Of a stretch of DNA of 64,000 bases, positions 10,501 to 19,969 are shown one piece after another (position 1 is the stretch's first letter; the number at the start of each line of letters is the position of its first letter). The stretch is from a virus (taxonomy: Duplodnaviria; Caudoviricetes). The stretch lies in IMG/VR virus record IMGVR_UViG_3300033062_002302; one strand, 5' to 3'. The notes beneath the pieces were generated by a model. That model was not told the DNA's origin and ran no database searches. It worked only from the letters and a program-made list of their open reading frames with translations. The position numbers were made by a program, and so were the translations under genes.

Positions 10501-12012
10501 CAAAACATAGCGTTGCCAGTTGTACAAGAAACGTTATATCCAGCCTTTACAACGAACGTCAATACAATTAATTGGTTTGTATGTGTTAATGATAAAGCAG
10601 AATTAGAATTAGTTGCGAATACTGATTATGATTCAAGCGTTACGACTTATTCTGGATTAGGTCTTGATCATACACGAATGTTTTATGTTCAAAATCCAAA
10701 TCTAACAACGCCGGTCCCTTATTGTATTAAAGGAAACTATTTAGACTCTTTAATTAATACTAATAAAGATTTGGTTCCGATTGCTTTAATAACCGCCACC
10801 ATTTCCTCTCCTTCTGGCACTTATGTTATTACTTCTTGTACATCATTAGATGTTCGTAGATTTATTGGAAATGGCTATGCTGGAATGGATAATGTCTTTA
10901 CTCTTGGACAAAATGCCAACTTTAGAAGCATGGAGTCATTAACAACTTGGCTAAATCAGCTTATTAATTTGAATTCAAAAACTACTACCAGTAGTCTTGG
11001 TAAAACTGTTTTAGTCAAAGGTATTAATACAATATCTTCTTCCTACTATTTAGATTATAAATCTAAGGTTACATTTAAGGGAGACAATGGTTCTTTTAAT
11101 GTGACTACAGGAACTGGATTTAATCTTGGAAGCAATGTTACTTTTGAAGATTTAAATATAAATTATAATTATGATGCAACTGCCGATGGAGCTTTTGACA
11201 ATGCTAAATTAATTAATTTCAGCAAGTCTTGTTTTAAAATGACTGGATCATCAACTCCATTAAAAAATATTAATTTTAATAATTGCATATTTGCATCGCC
11301 ATATGATAAGAGATTTTCTTTTATTAGTTGTGTTTTATCTGGACAATCAGACCAAGTAGAAAATTTAGTTATTAAAAATAATAGATTTGAAACAACGGCA
11401 ACAAGCCCTGGTTCATTAGCTGATAATGATGCTGTAATTGCAATTGTTACGACTAATACGACAGCTCCAACCAGTTTAACTGGCGCTCGATTGACTAATT
11501 GCACTATTGAAAATAATATTTGCAATAAAAATCAAATGATTGCTATTACGGCTCCATATGGAGCAACTATTGTAGACGCAATTGTTCCTGTTAATTTAAA
11601 GATTGTTGGAAATACATGTGGAGCTATTAACTTTTGCTTTAAACAAGATATTCCTTTAAGCACCGTTAATCCAGATGTTTTATCTGATAAAGAGGCTAGT
11701 GCGTTGATATCAAACAATAATTGCAGATACATTTATACTGGCAATAGCTCGGGATACATTAATGAATCGGCAACATCTAATAGAATGATTTCTAAATTAG
11801 CGTTTTATACTCCAAACATTACTATTTCAGAAAATACTGTTAGTTGGATTCATACTGGTCAGAGAATTCCTCTTAATTATGTTAGAGAAAACGCAAGTTT
11901 TATTGTTAGAAACAATAAATTAACGGCTTATCCAACAGCTTTGCTTGATATTTATTGGACAGGCATTTCCGGATTGAATTACGCAATGATTACAGATAAG
12001 GCGGTCGGATAA
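7552..12012 (+). CDS. Large virion structural/tail fibre protein with C-terminal beta-helix
   Basis: 1486 aa, S/T/N/G-rich; N-terminal FP..D...AINALRDAVFNIEEEIG fibre-anchor-like segment; Asn-ladder repeats (IKNNRF, IENNIC, IVGNTC, ISNNNC, ISENTV). Confidence 0.6.
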   Translation: MTSNFPNTPDDDVSLPRVENNITEIGSEAINALRDAVFNIEEEIGTILDGYSARGSKNSIGARLGVSIEYDGTIKPSALTSLGLVTLPITNSQISASAAIAESKLNLDYSTYSLYNLISNVNTSVNTALNFITNTGSKVEPHLSGAGFKHTLSHINVGATSSFFKNKKALFRNNTNLYTLLDDINSDYVGHQKADGTVLASDVTSLSTGTVPPDNYAHVAAGININTNNFSFIPQTANDLQQFAQFIDNSNIFILGTRIQTLYNNGIPRASRSSALNTSVSGQNIILESLGTTYLLDSGSSVPVDNIDTGDDVISLTPTSGTANHTFDAKFALVKAGDIATVNYGNVSVSFIIKEKKYVVSGLNKTYIIRINGKNLLPTTSAQVSIDRPLFNTDKQGVLALGIAPLPAALPGVYPSLTVGNPRGAEVVSVAFNPDLLDGTHYNLYLQLFSTGNPSESTLSLAAVDVTGNLGTTPGSYTLDSVVESMNAAFRKPGFNYRFMAFSYKGELGLMLSDSVGGASFSIISGAVASSGAYDQTLTNTLYPNNVIGLFDGKDGLGFGPSNAAVASPAYASSYSTSDASQVPTKIFVPLTKKTYYVNGVERERLNLEPNQSIDGYGDGYWEATITAKVIVPGTRVKVTYQVNADLTTSSLKPGKTILIQKESSGTQSDFGRYVIEDMQFNSCICDGYTEYVTLTVYDAVHGTGITPYLSSNVGTKVRIYYSGDSVSFNNQNVNDVSAFTDYKRSFEILINQNGLTFSHERARMNVTGATQIVNGVSLYSSSELAFANIYRVSPKLRGYSFASVKKINLTITSYNVNSGTFSGYLCRWDGSVETSLGPVTVGKKGQVVRFYDETNIDFIDIIFNQNDAVPAINATRRIDIQLFGTLSLDDEVMLLGTCQVADSVKKITYLRDERQFGNVSEKQLTNSALDYIAAPTQLLSENGIIRGFDVVSIPSGANPYPNVVAVKGGTAVINGKIIQVNHQNIALPVVQETLYPAFTTNVNTINWFVCVNDKAELELVANTDYDSSVTTYSGLGLDHTRMFYVQNPNLTTPVPYCIKGNYLDSLINTNKDLVPIALITATISSPSGTYVITSCTSLDVRRFIGNGYAGMDNVFTLGQNANFRSMESLTTWLNQLINLNSKTTTSSLGKTVLVKGINTISSSYYLDYKSKVTFKGDNGSFNVTTGTGFNLGSNVTFEDLNINYNYDATADGAFDNAKLINFSKSCFKMTGSSTPLKNINFNNCIFASPYDKRFSFISCVLSGQSDQVENLVIKNNRFETTATSPGSLADNDAVIAIVTTNTTAPTSLTGARLTNCTIENNICNKNQMIAITAPYGATIVDAIVPVNLKIVGNTCGAINFCFKQDIPLSTVNPDVLSDKEASALISNNNCRYIYTGNSSGYINESATSNRMISKLAFYTPNITISENTVSWIHTGQRIPLNYVRENASFIVRNNKLTAYPTALLDIYWTGISGLNYAMITDKAVG

Positions 12013-13046
12013 TGGCTTTGACGACAACAATGTCTAATACTTTAATTGATGGAAACGTCTTTACTGATGGCTATTCTTCTGCTAATGGCACAACAGTAGT
12101 TCATTCACAGTATAGTTATCTTCTTCTTAATAGTACAGACGCTAAAATTACCAATAATACTTTTTCTGGTCAAGCATCAAACGTTCTTAATGATATGGTT
12201 GAGCTACAAAATTGTAGCACGATGATATCTAATAATAAGTTTTTGAGATTTAATAGCACCGTCAAATCATTTATCAATAATACATCTTCTACGGCAGATC
12301 AAATAATTAAAGATAATTTATTTGATAATTTAACATGCGATAGTTCGACAGATTATGAAATTGTTAAAGGGTTAAATACAACTTCCATTTATAATAGCAA
12401 TAAAAATCAATCGTCTTATGCTTTATTTATGATGGAAGATCAAGGAATTTCAGGGGTTTCTAGTGAACCGTGGTATTGGACTACAACTAATAATTTTTCA
12501 ACTCAAATTACTCAATATTTTGGAACTTCTGAAATAAATAGCGTTTATGTTTTAAATGGTGTCATTCTCACAGCAGGCAATAACGCTGGTTTAAATAGAA
12601 ATTTAAATTTATATGTTAATTTATCTAAATCTTTGCCAAAAAATGTTAAAATATTAGAAAGTCTAATTGGATTTAGATTTAATCAAATTGGTGCAAACCT
12701 TAAAATAGATGAAGCCTCTACTATTTCAACTAATCTTTATAAGACATTAGCTTCTAGGCTAATTAATAATCCATTTTCGACTCCGGCTAATACTTTAGCT
12801 AGAATTCATAGTGGAGTAATTAATAACCTTGAAAGCCCATCTACATCTTCTGTTGTTATTTCTGGACCAGATTATGAAACAACAACGACTAAATATATAG
12901 CCGCCGATTATTCTGCTTTAAATTATATAACTGGCGAAACTCAAGACATTATTATTAATTTTAATTATGATTTTAAGACTGAGGCGTCTTCGGCTGCGTC
13001 AGTTTATTTGCTATCTCCACTCTTAATTAAATATCAGTGGGTCTAA
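12012..13046 (+). CDS. Beta-helix-containing structural protein
   Basis: Asn-ladder repeats (IDGNVF, ITNNTF, ISNNKF, IKDNLF); TAATG stop/start coupling with upstream gene. Confidence 0.5.
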   Translation: MALTTTMSNTLIDGNVFTDGYSSANGTTVVHSQYSYLLLNSTDAKITNNTFSGQASNVLNDMVELQNCSTMISNNKFLRFNSTVKSFINNTSSTADQIIKDNLFDNLTCDSSTDYEIVKGLNTTSIYNSNKNQSSYALFMMEDQGISGVSSEPWYWTTTNNFSTQITQYFGTSEINSVYVLNGVILTAGNNAGLNRNLNLYVNLSKSLPKNVKILESLIGFRFNQIGANLKIDEASTISTNLYKTLASRLINNPFSTPANTLARIHSGVINNLESPSTSSVVISGPDYETTTTKYIAADYSALNYITGETQDIIINFNYDFKTEASSAASVYLLSPLLIKYQWV

Positions 13047-13844
13047 ATGGCAATTAATAATTTCTTCATTTCGGATCTTCCAAAGATCTATAATGTAGTT
13101 CAAAATTCAATGATTGTTTATCCTAAGGAATTGGCAATTGCCGTTCTACGGGACCATTTTTCTGATGATAGCTATTATCATTTCTCTAAAGACGCCTGGG
13201 GTTTCCCTAATACCCCAGATCATACCGATCTTCCAAGCGAAGCCGGAATCAATGATAACGTTACAACGCGTCTTTTTATTGGAGAAAATTACCGTGATAA
13301 TGTAACCTATTTTCCAGCCATTTTGATTAAAAATTCTGGAATGAAGTCAGTTCCAATTGGATTGAGCCGCGAAGAAGGCACGGTCAAATGGGGAATTAGA
13401 ACTTTTGATGATGGATATGGAAACCTATCTTTCTTTAAAAATCCTGAGAGTCTTATCTTTGCCGGAGCTTGGGAAGGGACTCTTTCGATTGATATTATTG
13501 CTCGAAGCACTCGAACAAGAGATGAATTAATTCAGGAAGTAGCCCTCTGTTTTACAGACCTTAAATTTAAATTAATGCATAAAGCAGGCGTTCTGTGCAA
13601 ACCTTTAGACGTTTCTTCTCCTACCGAATCTGATGATAGGAACGGAAAGCTTTTTAAACAAACAATTACAATTCCAATTAGAACAGAGTGGAAAAGAGAG
13701 ATTCCAGTTTCAAATATTGTTCAAACTATTAATTTTATTATAGAATTTGGATATTTAGAAGTTCCAGAACCAATTATTGCGCAAAACTTAACGATTAGAA
13801 CTAATATAGAATTATTAGATATTTTGGCAAATTTGGAAGTCTAA
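13047..13844 (+). CDS. Putative tail terminator/completion protein
   Basis: Directly upstream of sheath; FPAILIK and LSIDIIARSTRTRDEL patterns resemble gpU/gp15-like terminators. Confidence 0.5.
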   Translation: MAINNFFISDLPKIYNVVQNSMIVYPKELAIAVLRDHFSDDSYYHFSKDAWGFPNTPDHTDLPSEAGINDNVTTRLFIGENYRDNVTYFPAILIKNSGMKSVPIGLSREEGTVKWGIRTFDDGYGNLSFFKNPESLIFAGAWEGTLSIDIIARSTRTRDELIQEVALCFTDLKFKLMHKAGVLCKPLDVSSPTESDDRNGKLFKQTITIPIRTEWKREIPVSNIVQTINFIIEFGYLEVPEPIIAQNLTIRTNIELLDILANLEV

Positions 13845-13932
13845 CTAGGAAATACTAATATAACAGTAAATAAGTAATATTTTAGTATTTCAACAGGCAG
13901 AGAAGCAAGCAGCTTTTTACTAAGGATCAAAA

Positions 13933-16683
13933 ATGAGTGGAAATATACCCGGATCAGGTGGAAGTGTTTTACCCGGAACATTTACCGATGTTGTAACCCA
14001 ATCTCGCGGTGCTTCAATTCCCGGTGGTGTCCGGATTGCTGCCATCATAGGCGAAGGTTCTAGAAGCGAAGTTATTGTCTCTTCCGCTCTTGGCGGCGGT
14101 TCAGATGGCTTTAATTCAACTTATACTTCTACCTCTGGAGCAGACGGTCGTCACTTTGTTTTATCTACCGCTCCCGTTATCTCAAATAGAACCTCCCTTT
14201 TCCGAAATGGCTTGCCATTGGTTGGATTAGAGGAAGTTCCTAGCAGCTCAGCTTTTAGCTCTGCTTATGATTATCGTATTGATATAGATACTGGTCGAAT
14301 TGAAATGCAAAAAGCATTTCTTCAGGATCTTGGCGGCGCATTCTTCACTGCCTCTACCTTAAACGTTGGCGATGGTTATATTGCTAATTTAACTCTTTCT
14401 GATGTAAATGCTCCTTCTGAAACCTGGACTATTAAGTGTGTTTCAGTTCAAAGAACGCCACTAAATGCTCCAATTGCTGGAACGGCGAAGTTCGTTGCGT
14501 TTGGTTCAATTTCAGGTCAAAAACTTGATGCGAATGGTAATCCTGTCTTTTGGATTGCAAATGGAACCTCCGCGACTAATGGCGTTTTAACTTTTAATCT
14601 TTGGGAAAGTAATTCTGGAGCGACTCCGCTTCGTGAAGGCGATTTCTTTACGGTTAAAGTCAAGAGCGGTGTTTTATCTAAGAATGATACCTTGACGGCA
14701 TCATATATTCCAACCTTAAGTGTTAATGACCCAGAGTTTTTACAGACTCCAGATGATGTTTTGAATAAACATGGCTTGGCTAGCACGGACAATACTCTTG
14801 CTCTTGGTTGCCAGCTTGCTTTTGCAAACTCAGCTCCTGGAATCATGTGTGTTCAAGCAGCTCCTGCCATGGCTCGTAGGACCTCATTCCTTCTGTCAGA
14901 TGGCGTTAGAGCTTTATCTCAAGATGAGTCAGATTTTATCTTTGCTCTTCCGGTCGGCGTTCAACCATATCTTGACTCACAGATTCACTTCTTTGTCAAG
15001 AACAACACGACCAATGTAGAGACTCAGGTTCTTCCAAACAAATTTGATTATTATCAATTAGATGAATCTGGTCAACCTACGACTAATGATTTTATCTTTG
15101 ATGATACTAATGCTCCTTCCGGATACTCTTTCAGCTATACGGTAGTATCTCTTCCAGCCGCTATTGCGACTGGTCTTGATGGCTATTTGGCTCGGAATAC
15201 GACTGGTGCAGGACATGATGGTATTTTCAGTGGCAATAACTTGTTCGATTCAACTTATGTTGGAAAGACCTTAAAAGTTATCGATGCTAATAACGTTGGT
15301 AACAATGGTTCTTTCGTTGTCACTGCTGTAACCAATGGCGACCTTTACTTTACCCAAGCGACTTTTGCTGATTTTACTTCAGAAAGCTCTGTTTCTTTCG
15401 AATTAATCAATCCTGCAACTGGAGCGGCTTTAGATGACGGCGTTGATGGCGTTCTAACCAATAACATTGGAACTGGAACGGCTTCATTTGCCTCAGCTTC
15501 AGTTGACTTTACTTCCTTTACTCCAGTTGGGAAACGTCTCCAGATTAATGGAACGGATGATAATGACGGATTGTATGATATCACGGTAGTTGATGGTAGC
15601 GATGTCTTAACGATTGCTAAAGTCTTTGTTGAAGAGACTGATTTACGATATGAAGTCATTGATACTGATTCAGAAAGCTTCTATGTTGTCATTAACCATA
15701 ACGTTGTTCCTAATGGATATTCATTAAGAGTCAATTTGGTTGATGATCGTGACGCCAGCTTCTATGATACTGGTTGGATCAATGCTCTTGAATCTCTTGA
15801 GACTCAAGAAATTGATATCTTGGTCGCTCTTCCGAAACAAACGATTTCAGCTATCTTCCAGAATGCTCTCAATCATTGTAAGACGATGTCAAACATTGTC
15901 AACAAGAAAGAGCGCGTTTTATTCTGCGGAGCTATCTCAGGCTTGAAGCCAGCAAACTTGACCGGCGCACAACCTGCGGCAGTTGAAGACATTGGATTGC
16001 TTGAGGGACTTCAAGGCGATGAGCCTTCAGAAGTCTTAGCGGGTTCTATCGAGGATTTAACGAACTATTCAGTTCCAGATTCTTTCGGAACGACCTTTAG
16101 AAGCACCTATTTCTATCCTGACCAGATTGTTGTTCAGGCTGGAACAGATAACGTTCTTTTAGATGGTTTCTATATAGCAGCGGCAGCGGCTGGGTATCTC
16201 TCAGCTTCAACCAATGTTGCGATTCCATTGACCAACAAGACTCTTTCTGGATTCACGATTCTCCGGAGTCGTCAGTATAGCAACTTGGTCTTGACTCAGC
16301 TTGTTGAGGCTGGTGTTACGGTCCTTCAGCCGATTGCGGGTGGTGGACGAGTTATCTGGGGTCTAACGACCACTCAGAGCGGATTCGTAGAAGAACGTGA
16401 AATCAGCATTGTTTTCATTCGAGATCGTGTAGCTAAATCTCTTCGTGGAGCATTCAATGGATTCATTGGTCTTCCAGAAGATTCTACTACGATTGCAACG
16501 CTATCAGCACGAGCAATTGGAGCGATGAACGCTTTCGTTTCTCAAGGATTGATTACGGCGTTTAAAGATGTAAATGTTGAACGAGATTCAGTTGACCCTG
16601 GGCAATGGAATATCGCGGTGAAAGCACAGCCAACATATGGAATTAACTTCATTTATATTAAAGTAAGCCTCGGCTTGTTATAA
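13933..16683 (+). CDS. Contractile tail sheath protein
   Basis: N-terminal LPGTFTDV; C-terminal sheath core (LVEAGVTVL, GLTT, REISIVFIRDRV, PTYGINFIYIKVSL); followed by tube gene. Confidence 0.9.
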   Translation: MSGNIPGSGGSVLPGTFTDVVTQSRGASIPGGVRIAAIIGEGSRSEVIVSSALGGGSDGFNSTYTSTSGADGRHFVLSTAPVISNRTSLFRNGLPLVGLEEVPSSSAFSSAYDYRIDIDTGRIEMQKAFLQDLGGAFFTASTLNVGDGYIANLTLSDVNAPSETWTIKCVSVQRTPLNAPIAGTAKFVAFGSISGQKLDANGNPVFWIANGTSATNGVLTFNLWESNSGATPLREGDFFTVKVKSGVLSKNDTLTASYIPTLSVNDPEFLQTPDDVLNKHGLASTDNTLALGCQLAFANSAPGIMCVQAAPAMARRTSFLLSDGVRALSQDESDFIFALPVGVQPYLDSQIHFFVKNNTTNVETQVLPNKFDYYQLDESGQPTTNDFIFDDTNAPSGYSFSYTVVSLPAAIATGLDGYLARNTTGAGHDGIFSGNNLFDSTYVGKTLKVIDANNVGNNGSFVVTAVTNGDLYFTQATFADFTSESSVSFELINPATGAALDDGVDGVLTNNIGTGTASFASASVDFTSFTPVGKRLQINGTDDNDGLYDITVVDGSDVLTIAKVFVEETDLRYEVIDTDSESFYVVINHNVVPNGYSLRVNLVDDRDASFYDTGWINALESLETQEIDILVALPKQTISAIFQNALNHCKTMSNIVNKKERVLFCGAISGLKPANLTGAQPAAVEDIGLLEGLQGDEPSEVLAGSIEDLTNYSVPDSFGTTFRSTYFYPDQIVVQAGTDNVLLDGFYIAAAAAGYLSASTNVAIPLTNKTLSGFTILRSRQYSNLVLTQLVEAGVTVLQPIAGGGRVIWGLTTTQSGFVEEREISIVFIRDRVAKSLRGAFNGFIGLPEDSTTIATLSARAIGAMNAFVSQGLITAFKDVNVERDSVDPGQWNIAVKAQPTYGINFIYIKVSLGLL

Positions 16684-16691
16684 TATGAAAT

Positions 16692-17396
16692 ATGTTATTA
16701 ACAAAAATTTGCGCTAAATGCAAGCTTGAACTCGACACTTCTCTTTTTCATAAGAGAAATAAATCTAGTAATGGATTCAAACCGCGTTGTAAAAAATGCA
16801 CTAAAGAAGATAATTTAAAAAATTCTGATAAAATAAAATTACAAAGATTAAATTTTAGAAAGAAAAATAGAAAAAGATTAGTTCAAGATACTAAAAAATA
16901 TGTTGAAAATAATAAAGAAGTCAGAAAAGAATATGAGCGAAATTATTATCTTTTAAATAAAAATAAAATTTTGGCTAAAAATAATATATATACAAAAATT
17001 AAAAGAAAAACAGATCCGTTTTTTAGATTGAGAGGGCAAATTACTAATGCAATTAGTAGGGCTTTAAAACTACAAAATGGATCTAAAAATAACGAATCCT
17101 GTATAAAATATTTACCATATACTATTTTTATGTTAAAAGAACATATAGAATCATTGTTTGAGCCTTGGATGAATTGGCAAAATCAAGGAATGTATCCTAA
17201 TAAAACTTGGGTTGATGAAGACCAATCTACCTGGGTCTGGAGTTTAGATCATATTATACCTCAATCTACTTTACCATATTCAAATATGAATGATGAGAAT
17301 TTTATTAAGTGTTGGTCTCTTGATAATTTAAGACCATATTCCGCTAAACAAAATTGGCTTGATGGAATTAATAAAGTAAGGCATAAGACAATATAA
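16692..17396 (+). CDS. Free-standing HNH homing endonuclease
   Basis: N-terminal CAKC...CKKC Zn ribbon, Lys-rich helix, C-terminal WSLDHIIP...CWSLDNLRPYSAKQN; very AT-rich relative to flanks. Confidence 0.8.
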   Translation: MLLTKICAKCKLELDTSLFHKRNKSSNGFKPRCKKCTKEDNLKNSDKIKLQRLNFRKKNRKRLVQDTKKYVENNKEVRKEYERNYYLLNKNKILAKNNIYTKIKRKTDPFFRLRGQITNAISRALKLQNGSKNNESCIKYLPYTIFMLKEHIESLFEPWMNWQNQGMYPNKTWVDEDQSTWVWSLDHIIPQSTLPYSNMNDENFIKCWSLDNLRPYSAKQNWLDGINKVRHKTI

Positions 17397-17432
17397 TTAG
17401 TGAAAGTTAATTAGTTTCAGGAGATTTAAAAA

Positions 17433-18053
17433 ATGGCTTCTTACCCGTCCACAGGCAGTACACTAAATGGCTCACAAGGTAATGGCAATAAAACCAGTAC
17501 CGGTGTTTCAACTAGCATTATAATTAAAGTTGGTCCCAATACTGTTGGAGCCATTCAGGAACTTTCTGTCTCTGAAAGTCGAAATATCAAAATGATTCAG
17601 GAAATTGGAACAGATGGAAATATAGATTCAGTTCCAAATTCAGCGACTGAAATCACCGGAAGCTGTAAACGAATTCGATTTGATCGGATGCGAATTGCAG
17701 AATCATTGGGTCGAGGCTTTTTGCATGCCAAATCGCAACGTGTTGGTTTCAATATTGAAATTATTGATACTTGGAATGGCGATGGTTCGGCATCTCTGAT
17801 TACGACTCTAACCAATGTCTGGATATCTAAAATAGATTTTTCTTTCAGCTCACAAGACTGGGTTATTGCGGATACTATGCAATGGAAAGCTGAAGATATT
17901 TCAACTCACTTCCCGAATGGCTCTCCTGGTGCAACGGGTGGTGAACGTAACCTTCAATTGGCAATCGACCCAATTGAACAGCTAACGGATATTGGTGGTC
18001 GTCGCGGAAGTTTGGACGCTGGCGGGCTCCTAAAAAGCTTCCTCCCATATTAA
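17433..18053 (+). CDS. Tail tube protein
   Basis: 206 aa after sheath; IIIKVGPNTVGAIQELSVSE and ITTLTNVWISK strands fit a gp19-like tube; AGGAG RBS. Confidence 0.8.
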   Translation: MASYPSTGSTLNGSQGNGNKTSTGVSTSIIIKVGPNTVGAIQELSVSESRNIKMIQEIGTDGNIDSVPNSATEITGSCKRIRFDRMRIAESLGRGFLHAKSQRVGFNIEIIDTWNGDGSASLITTLTNVWISKIDFSFSSQDWVIADTMQWKAEDISTHFPNGSPGATGGERNLQLAIDPIEQLTDIGGRRGSLDAGGLLKSFLPY

Positions 18054-18071
18054 TGCGTTATATCAGTAAGT

Positions 18072-19103
18072 ATGGTAGACGCAAATTTAATAGAAAAAAT
18101 ATTAATATATAGAAAAGATGGCTATTCAGGGCTTAAAATAGCCGTTGAATTATGTTTACATAAAAGTCTCGTATATAGAATATTGAAAGATCCAATTTTT
18201 GATGGAATTAAAAAGAAAAATAATAAACAAAAAAGATTAAGTCTTTTTATAAAAGCTGAAATTAAAAGGCTGTATGATTTAAATTATACAACACAACAAA
18301 TTGTTGACGAACTTAATTTAACTCATTGGACAATTACTAGATATTATAGAAAATATAATTTTAACAAAAAAGGAGCCAAAAATTATTCATCTAATTTGTC
18401 TCCCGATCAAGAAATTCAAATTAAAAAATTAATAGCTGAAGGATATGGTAGAGTTAAAATTGCTAAAATCATTAATTCAACAGAGGCTATAATTAGATCT
18501 TATTGTAGGTTTAATAAAATTAAAACCATAGATAATAAATGTTTGAGCAAATCAACTCCTGAAATGATATCTAAAATATTAGAATTACATGAAGCGTGTT
18601 TAAATTCATCTGAAATAAGTCGAAAAACCTACAATCAATTTAAATTATCTAAACATATAATTAGAAAAGTTTTATTAAAAAATGGATTGCCATCAGTAAA
18701 ACCATTAACTAAAGAGCAAATTAGGGATAGAGAACTTTTAAAAAGAATACGAAAGAATTTTTCTAAAGGCGTTCATAGAGAATTAAGAAATAATATTGAT
18801 AATAAGACTTGGAATAATTCATTTACTAAACATGTATCTTATACGATATCTGAATTAAAAGAACATATAGAAAAACAATTTGAACCATGGATGAATTGGG
18901 ATAATTGGGGAAATTATCGTTTAGATTCTTGGAAAGATGATGATGTAACAACTTGGCGATGGCATATAGATCATATAGTGCCAGTAAATAGTTTTATATA
19001 TACGTCCATGGAAGATAAAGCATTTGTTGAATGCTGGAAATTAAGTAATTTAAGACCTTTATCAGGTAAAGAGAATATTATAAAAGGACATAAGATTATT
19101 TAA
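18072..19103 (+). CDS. Free-standing HNH homing endonuclease with tandem HTH-like repeats
   Basis: Four HTH-like units, then HIEKQFEPWMNWDN and WHIDHIVP...CWKLSNLRPLSGKEN; paralogous to 16692..17396. Confidence 0.8.
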   Translation: MVDANLIEKILIYRKDGYSGLKIAVELCLHKSLVYRILKDPIFDGIKKKNNKQKRLSLFIKAEIKRLYDLNYTTQQIVDELNLTHWTITRYYRKYNFNKKGAKNYSSNLSPDQEIQIKKLIAEGYGRVKIAKIINSTEAIIRSYCRFNKIKTIDNKCLSKSTPEMISKILELHEACLNSSEISRKTYNQFKLSKHIIRKVLLKNGLPSVKPLTKEQIRDRELLKRIRKNFSKGVHRELRNNIDNKTWNNSFTKHVSYTISELKEHIEKQFEPWMNWDNWGNYRLDSWKDDDVTTWRWHIDHIVPVNSFIYTSMEDKAFVECWKLSNLRPLSGKENIIKGHKII

Positions 19104-19161
19104 AGGCATTTCTACCATATTAACATATACTTAGCTTATCTTAGCTTATTTAAAATAAATA

Positions 19162-19206
19162 ATGTCTCTTCCTGATATATTAATTAGGAAGAGATGTTTA
19201 TTTTTG
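19162..19206 (+). terminator. Hairpin, probable intrinsic terminator
   Basis: TCTCTTCCT / AGGAAGAGA inverted repeat followed by a T-rich tract; the TGATATAT motif lies across stem top and loop. Confidence 0.5.
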
Positions 19207-19216
19207 GAGATTAAAT

Positions 19217-19969
19217 ATGCCAAGTATTAAAAGTGATATAATGAATAAAAATTTACCTAGCTCTCAAATGAGAGAATTTGAAGTATCTAATCCAGATGAT
19301 GTAGAAGAGAGTCAAATTGATTATGATTCATTGTCGCCTGAAATTCAGGCTATAGTCAATCAATTTGAACAAAGGGGGATGAAGATTGATGACAACGTTA
19401 TCCGGTCTTTAATCGCCAAGCATGCGGCGCAAATGCCACCTCCAATGCCCAAGACAATGCAGATTGATGACCCTCTTGATTCTTATCCATCTGTTAAAGA
19501 TATGGAAAAGCAAATTCAAGAGGCTAAGCGTTTGAAATTACAGCCGAATAAGAGCAGATTGAGTCCGGCAGCTAAGAAACGAATCGAGATGTTGTCTGGT
19601 TTGAAAAAAAATACCAGAACTTGCGTTATTGGAGATTATGAATATCAGCTTCAGACGTTAAGAGGTGGTGAATTGAAAGATGCTATTATGGCGGCATCGG
19701 CGTTTGATGGGACGATAGAGCTTCCATTTGAGACGCGGAAGCAGCTTTTGGCTCGTTCTTTGACTCATGTAGCCGGGACGGATATTGATACTTTCTTAGG
19801 AAGCTCTTCATTAGAGGCTAAATTAGAGTTTTTGGGCGAAGAATTAGATGAAAGAATTACTTCAAGGCTTTATAATGAGTATTTGTTATTGGTTGATGAG
19901 GTAACAAAGAAATATTCAGTGAAAACGGCGGAAGACGCTCAGGAAGTGACAGAAGACCTAAAAAAATAA
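19217..19969 (+). CDS. Tail assembly chaperone (gpG-like)
   Basis: Between tube and tape measure; ends in slippery CTA AAA AAA TAA. Confidence 0.75.
   Translation: MPSIKSDIMNKNLPSSQMREFEVSNPDDVEESQIDYDSLSPEIQAIVNQFEQRGMKIDDNVIRSLIAKHAAQMPPPMPKTMQIDDPLDSYPSVKDMEKQIQEAKRLKLQPNKSRLSPAAKKRIEMLSGLKKNTRTCVIGDYEYQLQTLRGGELKDAIMAASAFDGTIELPFETRKQLLARSLTHVAGTDIDTFLGSSSLEAKLEFLGEELDERITSRLYNEYLLLVDEVTKKYSVKTAEDAQEVTEDLKK

Noticed and set aside
13849-13891. Inverted repeat GAAATACTAA / TTAGTATTTC upstream of sheath
   Set aside because: AT-rich 10 bp arms with a long loop; could be regulatory but not distinguishable from chance
16692-19103. Group I introns housing the HNH genes
   Set aside because: Sheath and tube genes are complete with their own stops, and the flanks are too short for a ribozyme core
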